From Aplysia californica (Eukaryota), in contig NW_004797286.1 in the NCBI RefSeq assembly GCF_000002075.1, positions 2,226,053-2,290,052 on the forward strand: 64,000 nt of DNA. Direction: 5' to 3'. Shown here in pieces: positions 1-10,389 of this stretch. Under the pieces are notes generated by a model. It ran no database searches. It saw nothing but the letters and a program-made list of their open reading frames with translations, and was not told the origin of the DNA. The position numbers and the translations under genes are program-made. Every line of letters starts with the position of its first letter. Position 1 is the stretch's first letter.

Positions 1-60
1 CCCCCCCTAATAAAAAAGACCCCCCCAAAAAACAAGAAGGCAAAATTTTATATAATATAT

Positions 61-293
61 GTGAGGCGAGTTGACAAAATGATTTTCTTCTCACAATCCA
101 CAAATTGAGACATTGGCCACAAATCGACACTAGGGTCAAATTTATAGATTCTCTGTTGATACCGTATTTTTAAGTATAACATGCCTTATATTATTTTATA
201 CTTATACTGTGAAAACTTCACCAATAAGTGTGATGTAGCGATTTCCATAGGGCTCGAATCCGAGCAGTAACTCATTTAGTCAGCACGCTTCAC
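61..293. mobile_element. MITE with ATAT flanks (probable Sola1-type non-autonomous element)
   Basis: Imperfect TIRs GTGAGGCGAGTTGACAAAATGA...TCATTTAGTCAGCACGCTTCAC with ATAT on both sides; a second copy lies at 35904-36139. Confidence 0.8.
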
Positions 294-919
294 ATATAAA
301 AGTCAAGTTAATGAAATGATTATACCTATCAATGTCCATTTTCGTATAGTAACCTCCCTTCCGACTAAAAGCGCACCAAGGCTCATATATATTCTCACCC
401 CCTCTCCAAAAAGAAACTAAAAGGCACACACACACTTCACGATTCATCTTCAGAGTGGGAAGGGTTATCTGCCCTTCGCTGCTAAGGTGGACAATGGCTT
501 CCAGATTTCCAGAGTGGCTCAAGGTCAGTTCAGAAAGCACTTTCCCATGTACCCCTTTTACCGCCAAACCCCCTAGGCTACGCAATTTCGACGGCTCAAA
601 ACTCGCTGACTCACCCCTAGGTCGCTTCCTGACAAACGTGAAGCACAAGGACCGCCAAACACTGGCAGAACTGCATGTGCTACCGCCACAGTCTTAGGGC
701 AGGATCTTATCCACAAGCTGGGTCTGTGGGTCTGCTGATCGACGGCCAAGCAAAGGGGGTACGCAGAGTCACAACAGATTGCGTCACCTGTCATAGGAAC
801 TGGGCACAGATCCGGATCAACGTAAGAGTAACAGATCACGTCCCCTACCTCTCACAAGGAGAGACAATTTCCAATGGTAAGCCGCCTGTCGACAAGCTTC
901 CGACAAGCTTTAACAGCAG

Positions 920-1340
920 ATCGTAAAGGGGCTGGAGACGTTCACCTTCGACCCCAACGCTCCAACCTTCGTCCCCACACATTCCTCTGACGTGGGTCTG
1001 GGAGCAGTCCTGTCACAGATTCAACTCGGCAGGGAAGTGCCTATCACGCACGCCTCTCATACGCTCCAACCAAGGGAGAGGGCGTATGCAGTACCGGTAT
1101 ACGAGAAAGACGCTCTCGCATGCGTCTGGGCTTGTGAGACCCGGGAGAAATGCCTGCTAGATCGACCTTTTATTGTCAGGATCGACCACTCCGCATTGAC
1201 AACGCTTCTCCAGGCTACAAGCGACACCCGTAAGTAAGCCAGATTCTCTTGTCGGCTCGACAGGCTCTCTGCTTTCGACTACAAAGTAAAGTATCGTAAG
1301 GGAAGTCGAAATGTCATCGCCGACTCACTTAGCCTGCTGT
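920..1340 (+). mobile_element. Ty3/Gypsy LTR retrotransposon pol remnant (RNase H-like domain), degenerate
   Basis: Translation FDPNAPTFV..SSDVGLGAVLSQIQLGREVPITHASHTLQPRERAY..EKDALACVWACE..DHSAL..RLSAFDYKVKYRKGSRNVIADSLS, with an internal stop. Confidence 0.85.
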
Positions 1341-1961
1341 CCCAACGGTCAACACAGAACGTCTCTGCTGATTTCACTCAGCAGCGCCTCGATCGCGCGC
1401 TCAACGCTTATCAACAGTTACTGTCTGATGTGCGTTCACAAACCCAATCAGAAGACACACTTTCTCAGGTGTACAGCTACATAAGCACCAGCTGGCCTGA
1501 CAAGAAAGGTTTACCACCACATTGCCCCGTGAGACAACCTTTTTGTCCTACAGCGTCTCCACTAGCAGCACCAGATCCATGGTCTGCTGAGAACACACGA
1601 GCGTCATCCGACCAATGCTGTCGAGGCCCGTATATCGTGTTGGCGACAACGTCCTTGCCCGCTGCCCCCAAGTGCTGAAAGGTCAATCGCCTTGGAGTCA
1701 GTCTTTGACGGTCATACAAGTACTTGGACATTGGCGCCCTACGTTTGGCTGATGGTCAACAGTGGAACGCCAGAAAGCTACAGTGATTCAACGCACCAGA
1801 ACTGCAATGGACCCTGCCGGAAAGTCACCTTCCCCAAGATCGCAGACGGTCAGCGCGACACGACCGTAGAGTCCCTCCACTCCGATACCAACCTTGAGAC
1901 AATTAACTGTTTGTTCTGTTGTCTTAAACGTATATTGTTGTTATTTTAGGAAAGGAGAGGA

Positions 1962-2250
1962 TGTTGTGTTGGCTGTCTGTTATTTTTTGTTTGTCCGTGA
2001 TCCTGGCTTCCTGGTACCGCTCCCTCAGGTACCATATAGACTGCATGACCTCTACTTCAGGCAATAAACTAAGATAGGAGAGCTCATAGGGTGGAGTCCA
2101 AAGCTTTGAGTGTGAGTTAGTTGTAGCGTAGACGCGGGGTAGAAAGGGCGTAGAAACGTTTGTTTGTGTGTGCCCTATTATAGCGAATAAACTACACTTC
2201 TTGAACTCTGTGTTTGTTTCAATTTCAGTATACCTTAAAGAACCCACACA
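1962..2250 (+). mobile_element. 3' LTR of the Gypsy remnant
   Basis: Polypurine tract AGGAAAGGAGAGGA immediately before TGTTGTGTT; ends ..ACCCACACA (TG..CA, short inverted ends); internal AATAAA near 2186. Confidence 0.65.
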
Positions 2251-2299
2251 AGGACACCACCTAGGCTGTAGTTGATATCGTTGTTTCTACTGGCAAGGT

Positions 2300-2930
2300 A
2301 GACGGCTCTGCGCCAAGCGCTCCTTTCGGTGTCAGTTCTTTCGAGTTCTTTGGGGGTAACCTGTGCAAACAGGAGATTTGCTTTTCATCGAGTCATTGAA
2401 ACGTCTTTTTTTGCTGTTGTTGTTTTTTGTGTGTTTTTTTTGGTCTCCCGAGATTTCTTGTGCCACTTGCCATTCGCCGTACAGCAGTTGTTTGGGCATT
2501 CGGTGGTCTTCATGCTGATGACATGGCCGACTCACCTCAGTTGGGCTTTGACAAGTATGCATCTTTGTGAGCTTGATCGTTTGAGGACCTCAATATGTTG
2601 GTGATGCGGTCTTATCACCGGACGCCAAGTATGCTTCAGAGAGCCGTTTGGTGGAAGTACTTTAATTTAATGTGCTTCATGTAGAGTGTCCAAGTCTCCG
2701 AACCCTAGAGGAGGTGGGAGAGCACAACGGCTTTGTACACTTTGATTTTTATTGACAGCCGGACATTGTGCTGGTTTAGTACCTTATTTTTCAGTCTACC
2801 GAGAGCTTGGCTTGCTTTACTAATTCATTAATCAATTTCCTGATCGATTTAGCCGTCCTTAGAGATGATACTTCCAAAGTATTTAAAGTTCTTGGTGTTC
2901 TTCAGGCTGTTGCCATTGATAGTGATGTTT
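2300..2930 (-). mobile_element. RTE-clade LINE fragment (RT C-terminal region), degenerate
   Basis: Minus-strand EDHRMPKQLLYGE motif and surrounding frameshifted RTE-like peptides. Confidence 0.75.
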
Positions 2931-2931
2931 G

Positions 2932-2938
2932 TGTGGGC

Positions 2939-2997
<59 letters not shown>

Positions 2998-3006
2998 TGT
3001 GTGTGT
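2932..3006. repeat. (GT)n microsatellite
   Basis: Direct reading. Confidence 0.95.
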
Positions 3007-4823
3007 TATCATAATATAGTAAAATATATAGAAGATAAATTTAAAAAACCCGGAAAGGAGGATATGGGAGGGAAGTGCATGGCTGTTTGTAATGTGATTG
3101 TCTTATATAGGTGGCCGTTAGAGCAGGTTGGATTGTAATAACCTATTACATGTATTATATATGTACACGCAAATCCAATGTTGCAGGGATTTCGCTGTCC
3201 AGACAAGTAATAATTAGTGTGGTCTTATGCCATATACTAAGCTTATATCAGGCTATTATAAGTATGATACATAGAGTTACCCCTTTTTAAAATAGTGTAC
3301 ATCTATGGAATGAATAAATTCTTTAGTTTATACCATCTGAGCGTGAAGGCCATGTATTCCTACAATAAGCCAACATGGCAACTCGTACGGTATCTTTGAT
3401 GCTAGAATTCTGTGCTTTGATGTCATGAATTTGCTGACTTAGCCAGTTCCTCCTCCGCGTAGTCAATAGTTTTTAGAGCTTCCTACGTATTTTCTGTAGT
3501 ATTTAGAAAAGCTTATATCATTTTGTCTTATTATTGATTAAAAATACAAGTGTTTTAAAGACAATACATTAAATACTAACCTAACGGTAAGTATGAAAAA
3601 AATATGATTTTTGACATTATTTCTGTGTCTGTCGCCAACTTGGCAAGGGCTAAATTTGGGAAAATATCCGACTACAAACAGCAATTTTAAAGATCGAAAC
3701 ATCTTGAGAAACTGTTACATTTCGGAAAGGAGCGGCGAATAAGCAAATAAAGACAAATTATTTTTAAAAAAAATTAAAAACAACGTTACACTACTATAGG
3801 TTAGGTTGTTTTCATATTATACTACAATTAAAGAATATTTGACTAGCTTTGGTGCAATCATTAAAAGTCATTAAAACTCAATCGTTTATGAGAATAGGGT
3901 CTTGCTCTATACACGAACCAGCTTAGAATTTCTAAATGCTGTAAATTAACCGACAGTAAAACTACCTATTAATGTTATAATTTAAAGTTACTAGTGAGAC
4001 AAACAGACATAATTAAAATTAAATATTTTGGTGGGATTTTTTGTGGGAATGAATTCAAAAATTAATACAGGTCCTTGGCTGATCACAAAGGAAAACTTTC
4101 CAGAAAAGAAGAATCCCATGGTTGGAGCAAATACACTTATATTAATAAGAAGAAAGCGGTGAAAATACGATTTATTTTTTACAGTATAATTCTTTTTGCT
4201 TCAAGAATGCAGCCCACTTAATTACTTATTTTTCATTTAGACCCCACAGAGACGGAAAAGCCAAGGTAGCCTAAGCCTAGCAAAGACAGTACATAACTAG
4301 ACTCTTTGGGCCTAGGCTGTTAAAAAAATATCGATAAAAATCTCACAAACGTTTATACTCGATTACTATATTCGTACTTAAATTTATGGCGGACATTTTA
4401 AATGTAAACAAACAATCGTTGAGTCGCTAAGCCCAAGAGAGAGAAAACTTTCTTGTAAGTGTTTAACATTTGAATTATGAATAAATTTAGTTTTTCGTGG
4501 AGGGGTGGAGTCTTTCAAGATCTTTCTCTAGAATTCTGTTACCCTCACTACAGCTGTTGTTGCAGTGTGAGTGAGTGCTTGACTGTCTAAACTCAGTTGA
4601 GTAGAATCTAACTGTACCCCCTATTGAATTGACCTTATTGAGGCTACTGCTGTACAACCAACCAACTATGGAGATTCTCACATTTTAAATTTTTAGTGTC
4701 CCCAGTCCAGTTGATCGGGTCAGCAGGAGTCGTCTTAGGGCAAATTAGGGTCTTGTTAGTTCTAGTCAGTTTAGTAGTATCTAGACCTAGAAGTCAGTTG
4801 CAGACTCCTTGTTGTCAAAAGAA

Positions 4824-5609
4824 GGCCACCTCTATTCTCACCCGGAGTGAGAATAGTGCAGGCGAGTCTTTTGGCTATTCTCACCCGGTGCGCGTTCACC
4901 GTTATAGCCTAGATCTAGGCCAACAAATTTTGCTTTTACCCTAAACCACAGAATTCTACACTGTATAACAGAAAAATTGTAGAATTCAGTGCCGTGAACA
5001 AATGTTCCATTACAACTGTAGCCTACTACTAAAAGCGTACAATTTTGTCTGTGTGGGCAGTGGAGAGAGAGAGAGGAGTAGCGCGAGAACTTCCGCTCAA
5101 AACAAAATGGCGACCCGCGTAGTTCGGCTCGATTCGAAAAGTTAAATAGATCTAGCCGTAGCATCTTTGTAGACAACCAAATTAATATACTTTTGTGTTT
5201 TAACATAATTTTTTAACTTTGTTTTGGTCAATAAAAAATCAATTTGATCGTCCACACCGATAGAATGATAGACAGTATTCAGAAAGAGACCGAGAGAGAG
5301 GGGAGGAGTAGATCTTGCAAGAACTTTCGGGCAAAACAAAATGGCGACCCGTGTAGTTCGGCTCGATTCGAACAGTGAAATAGCCATAGCAACTTTGAAG
5401 ATCAAATTAGCTTACTTTTGTGCTATAACGTAATTTTTTCTTGGCTTTTATCAATTTGATCATCCACACCGATAGACAGTGTATTCCGAAATGAGGAAAA
5501 GCAGGTCTTGTTTCGCACGGGGTGAGAATAGCCTACGCTGGCAAGTCTCACCCGGGGTGAGAGGTAGATCGTTTTTCTATTCTCACCCCGGATGAGAATA
5601 GCCACTTCC
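4824..5609. mobile_element. Non-autonomous DNA transposon with 9-bp TSD (Mutator/MULE-like), copy A
   Basis: TSD TCAAAAGAA (4815-4823 and 5610-5618); GG..CC termini; subterminal palindromes CTATTCTCACC(C)GGGGTGAGAATAG; reverse-oriented near-identical copy at 45525-46369. Confidence 0.85.
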
Positions 5610-5621
5610 TCAAAAGAAACG

Positions 5622-6784
5622 GAGCTTTTTAGATCTAAATCTAGATCTAGATCTAGTTCCCACCCCGCCATGGGCCATTGTTCGCGGGTTTTGGCCCCCC
5701 AAGAGTAGGGGGTTTTAGGGGGGCTTGCCCCCTTGACCTACTAGATATATCTAGATCTAGATCTATCCTAGAAAAATAAGGTAGGGGGTTTCATTCGGCT
5801 AGACTGGCAGTCTTAAGTACGGCTAGACTTGCAGTCTAGCCGTACTTATTAGATTCATATGATGGCTAGACTCACCATTTACAAAAAATAGGCCTACTGA
5901 ATTGTAAATATACATTTTTAGTGTGCAGTACCTAAAGTATTTGTATTTTCTTGAGACGAAACCAGGTGCATGTATTTTAAACCTCCTGTTTTCTAATGTT
6001 AGTAGGGCCTAGTATAAGTACGGCTAGACTGGCAGTCTAGCCGTACTTAATATTGATGGCTGAATTGTAAATGAAATTTTTAGTTTGCAATGCCTAAAGT
6101 ATTTGTATTTCAGACAAAACCAAAAGGTGCCTTACTGACTTGCATGTATTTGAACCTGAATAATTACTAGATCTAGATCTAATGAGACCTGTGTACTTAA
6201 CAGGCTTGAGTCGATAGGGCCAAACCTAGATCTAGATCTAAGTACGGCTAGACTAGCGGTCTAGCCGTACTTAAGTACAGCTAGACTCTCAGTCTAGGCT
6301 GTACTGCTAGCCACTTCGTACCATAATTTGATGTTTTGCAGTTGTTAGATTTGTTATAGAGTAGCCTATATCTTAGCTTGCCGCGCATCAAACGTATATC
6401 TAGATCTAGCTAGATATCTAGACTAGACCTCTAGAATCTAGGGTGCTTTTTTGGTAGATCTCGATCTAGTTCCCACCCCCCTTATTTGAGCCTGACCTAG
6501 ATCTAGATCTATACGTCTGATTCGCGTCGAGATAAGATATCAAACCTAACAACTGTAAAACATGAAATTGTTGTAAAATTCAGGGAGGCATGCCCCCCTG
6601 AAAGTGATTCTAGGTCAGGGGGGCTTGCCCTACTCTTGGGGGCTAAACCTGTGAATAACAATTGCGGGGTGGGAACTACCGAAAAAGCTCTGAATCTAAA
6701 GATCTAGATCTAAATCTAGATCTAGATTTTCTAGATAGATCCTGAGGCTCAAATAAGGGGGGTGGGAACTACCGAAAAAGGACC
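5622..6784. mobile_element. Second 9-bp-TSD (MULE-like) element with nested insertions
   Basis: TSD AAAGAAACG (5613-5621 and 6785-6793); termini GAGCTTTTT..TAGTTCCCACCCC / GGGGTGGGAACTACCGAAAAAGGACC; contains a reversed short copy of itself (about 6442-6690) and a block of GTACGGCTAGACT-N3-AGTCTAGCCGTAC palindromes (about 5790-6310). Confidence 0.7.
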
Positions 6785-6978
6785 AAAGAAACGGCCCTTC
6801 GGCAGATTGGAAGGATTTATTCTCAGCAAAACAGGTTTGAAAAATAAGAAATGTGATGACGAAGGTGGCCCTACAGATTCCCTAAACTAGATTCTAGATC
6901 TCTCTTATAAAAAAGGAAGGACATCCATAAAGAGCGACCACCCCCCAACAAACACTACAAAAAGAAGAAGATGAAGAG

Positions 6979-7090
6979 CCCTAACCCTATCCAAACCAAA
7001 CCCTAAGCCTACCCCAAACCTAAACCCTACCCCTACCCTTAACTTAAACCTAAACCCTAACCCTACCGCAAACCTTACCCCTACCCCCTG
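6979..7090. repeat. Degenerate (CCCTAA)n-like tract
   Basis: CCCTAACCCTATCCAAACCAAACCCTAAGCC...; a similar tract in the opposite orientation lies at about 50790-50930. Confidence 0.7.
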
Positions 7091-8178
7091 CCCCTCTGTT
7101 CTACTCTGTCTCAGTGGTTGCTTGTTACGGAAGTCCTCCCATAAAAAATTGTAAATAAATTGACAATCTCAGGTTTTTGCCCCAAGATCAAGCCAAGAGG
7201 ATGATGAGTCATTAGATCCAGATGTAGAAATATTAGCTCTTGCTTGTCCTGCGTCTGTGCTGAGATACGAATCTTAGCAACCGATAACGTCGGACGTTCT
7301 GGGCAGTCCGCTGGGGTCACTCAGTGTGTAGGCCTACTGTTGGTGTACGTACAGCGTGCCCGCCTGGAACCTGGAAACGTGTGTTTTCGCCATGAATAGA
7401 CCAACCGCGGGAGTTGTGTGTTAATCAATGATGAAAATAACGCTGTCTTTCATATATATTTCTATTTATAAAGTGTTACAAACACATGAATAACCCCCTC
7501 TCTTAAGCTAAGACATTACGAGTAGTTACGACCATTCGAATAACCTTTCTAGACACTCTTGGTGTTATGAATGACCTGGGGTTCGAAAGGGGATTATCTA
7601 TAGACTATAGAGGTCGGTTTCCGAACGTTTTGCACTCAAATTGTTCTTCGTACCTGTGTAATGGTATTAGCTTATTTTTTATCAGGTATTATCATGTCAT
7701 ACAAAATAAGCTCATTTGACTCCCCTGGGGCAGTGCCACTGACTTTAGTTAGTGTCTTTAGACTATTTCCAAAAGGGGGACATTTCTCGTTCAAGCACAG
7801 TAGAATTGATTTTTGTAAATGGGGTGATTCATCATGTCACGCTCATATAACTGTGCCTGATCTGCAACAGGGAACTGCTGCTTTTTCTTTCCTAATCCTC
7901 ATGTACTATTGTCATTTCTTCTACTTCTTTTATATTTTGTCACTCTTGTGACCCGCTATTTCCTGGGTGCCTTGATAGTCGAAGCAGACCTTGTGCTGTT
8001 AAAGCTAGAGAGGTGAGCAGAGTAAGTCTGATTCCCACCCTTTGGCGCTCATATATATATATGACCTAATGCAGTTGCGAGCACCGTAAATCCCAACTCA
8101 TTTGAAAGATTTTGAATAGAAAAATGGAAATCTTGTTTCCTGACTATCCTTTCGAGCTCCTCATGTCTAAGTTGGTCA

Positions 8179-8707
8179 GGGGGCTCTCGTGGCCTAGAGG
8201 TTAAGGTGTTGGTCTCTCATTCAAAGGTCCCGGGTTCGATTCTGGGTGGCGACCAAAATATTTTCTTCTCTAAAAGTGTCTCCTTTCACCTCCTTTCCTG
8301 ATCTCTAACAATGTTCTGTTGTCTGCTTTCATTTCCACTTTCTGCCCCCGCCCCCTCACCTCCTTTGCCCCCTCCTCTGGGCTCCTGACTCTTTCTGCAG
8401 CCTTTCTACTGCTACTCCTTGGCTCCTCCTAACTGCTGTCTTTCTGCCACACCCCTGATCTTCTGGTAGGAAAGATCTACACCTAGCCTTCTCAGACAAG
8501 GGCGAAAAATCTCGGAGGGCCAGTGTGCAAGTTGCGCACGTTAAAGATCCCTTGGTGGTCTAAAATCGATAAGAGTAGGCTTCGGCCGCCACCCGGGCAA
8601 AATTCAAAATTTCCTACCAACGAAAAAGTATAAGGTGTGTCCCGCGCGCTCATATGACCTTATGCAGTTGCGAGCGCCGTAAAACACTTTACTAAACAAA
8701 CAAACAA
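8179..8707 (+). mobile_element. Full-length tRNA-derived SINE with Nin/Deu-like central domain
   Basis: A box GTGGCCTAGAGG, B box GGTTCGATTC; core GCACGTTAAAGATCCC..GATAAGAGTAGG resembles the Deu/Nin domain; hairpin tail GCGCTCATATGACCTTATGCAGTTGCGAGCGC; 11-bp TSD TAAGTTGGTCA (8168-8178, 8708-8718). Confidence 0.85.
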
Positions 8708-9785
8708 TAAGTTGGTCAATTTGTTCTATAATTTCATTGGACGAACATCTTGAGCTAACAACTTGGTGTGTTTTGAATGAGGCTGAGACTTATGCCTCGG
8801 TTACGAACCAACGTAAGCGGTTCTAGAAGAAGGCCACAAGAAATGCACACAAACTCAAGCAGACTGATGCACACGCACTTGAGCTGCGTGAATGCGGATC
8901 GGACACGGGACCCGAATTGAAGGGGGGATGATGCTCGGCACGCATATGCTGAGCCAGGGGCTAGACTGACGCGGGACCAGAACGCAGGCGAGGTGCCGAA
9001 ATAGGCTTATCGGGTGACATAAACCAGACTCCCGCAGGACGAGGGTTAAAATTAGGCCTAGATTTAGATCTAGATTCTAGATCTAGTAGATCAAGTTTTT
9101 ATTACTATTATTACATGAAAGCTATTATAATAGGCCTACTTATTACATTACAGCGAGCACCTTGCACAACTTTCGGTTAAATGTAGAACGACACATCTTC
9201 CTGATTGGCTGCTAATTTTAGTAATGTCATGTCATCACTCTCTAGGATACCCACAGACTATTTTAAGGAAGCCATGGAGGTACCGCATGAAACGATGTGT
9301 TTTCGGTATGTAATAACATTTCAGAATTCCTAGTACTTGGGCATGGTGGATGGAAGATCGCTTAGATAGACTAGATCGTTGATGCTCAGAACAGTAAGAT
9401 TAAGAACGCTGATGCTTGAAGTTGAAACACGGTAAACTCAAAGACAATAAACCGCTCGAAAACTGCCGTAATGACGCCGGAGGATTATCCCCAAACTCCT
9501 CCAGCATGCTTACTTCATCACTACGTTAAAAAAAACCTACAAAACAACAAATATTATAGTTTATTGGACAAATTGTTGGTCAGTCGCGAGGAGGAGGGAG
9601 GTGAAGAGGAAAAAAAAACCTTCCGGGACCGGGATTCGGTCCCACGCTCATATGACTTCAAACGCAGACATGCTGACGCTGTCCATTCGTCCATTAGAAC
9701 TTCCAACAGCGAAAGGTAGATTAAGCTTGATATACATAGACACTTCCATCTTTAGTGCCGTGCGGTTGGCTATAATTTAGATGTA

Positions 9786-10100
9786 GTCACGTGATCGGAG
9801 GGGTATCCTGGTCTGACGTCAAACAAGATGGCCGCCTTACCTAAAAATAGTTTGCGTCGTTCTACGTTTAATCACATGTCCTAGCACACCTCTGTGATTG
9901 GCCCAAATTTAGATCTAGATCTAGATGACATATATATATTTCCACCATCTATTTTTGTTGTCTTCCAGGGTTTCCCTTCCCGGTTGACTAGATCTAGATC
10001 TCGCCATGGCGAACCCGCTTAGCGTGCGATGGGCTACGTCAAAGGTCTCATCAGCGACTGCTTGGGCTGTGTGCGCACGTGTGTGTTTTAAAATTGAATT
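9786..10100 (+). promoter_or_regulatory. Probable NCAPG promoter region
   Basis: CpG-rich; E-box GTCACGTG 9786-9793, CRE TGACGTCA 9814-9821, YY1-like CAAGATGGCCGCC 9824-9836, reverse CCAAT 9897-9901, CHR-like TTTAAA 10087-10092; 200-500 bp upstream of the ATG exon. Confidence 0.55.
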
Positions 10101-10293
10101 ATTTTTTTTCACTTTGGGTACCCTGAACCCATCATCATGTTATTCTTCACTTTTATCGTGCTTTCCATACTAAATGATTTTAAGTGTAATTTTTTTTCTT
10201 TTGTATGATTCCATTTTCATGTTTTAAACATTGACTTTTGTATTAACAAATTTTCCCCCAGAAGCTGAGCAAGTTTTGTAACCCACAAGAAGG

Positions 10294-10389
10294 ATGACCG
10301 TTGAAGCCCTGAGGGACATATTTATTGAATGTCAAGATTCACAGAATCAGCACCAGCTGGTTAAAGCCTTTAAAAAACTTTACAATGAA
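10294..10389 (+). CDS. NCAPG: NCAPG coding exon 1 (MTVEALRDIF...KKLYNE)
   Basis: Acceptor ccccag ending at 10261, ATG 10294, donor GTGAGT. Confidence 0.85.

Noticed and set aside
5790-6310. CRISPR-like array of palindromic repeats
   Set aside because: Eukaryotic context, irregular spacing, spacers duplicated rather than unique, and no cas genes; these are transposon subterminal dyads
6979-7090. Telomere or chromosome-fusion relic
   Set aside because: Short and highly degenerate; such tracts are common inside invertebrate repeats
7200-7265. C/D-box snoRNA (ATGATGA...CTGA)
   Set aside because: No terminal stem, not intronic, and no recognisable rRNA-complementary guide
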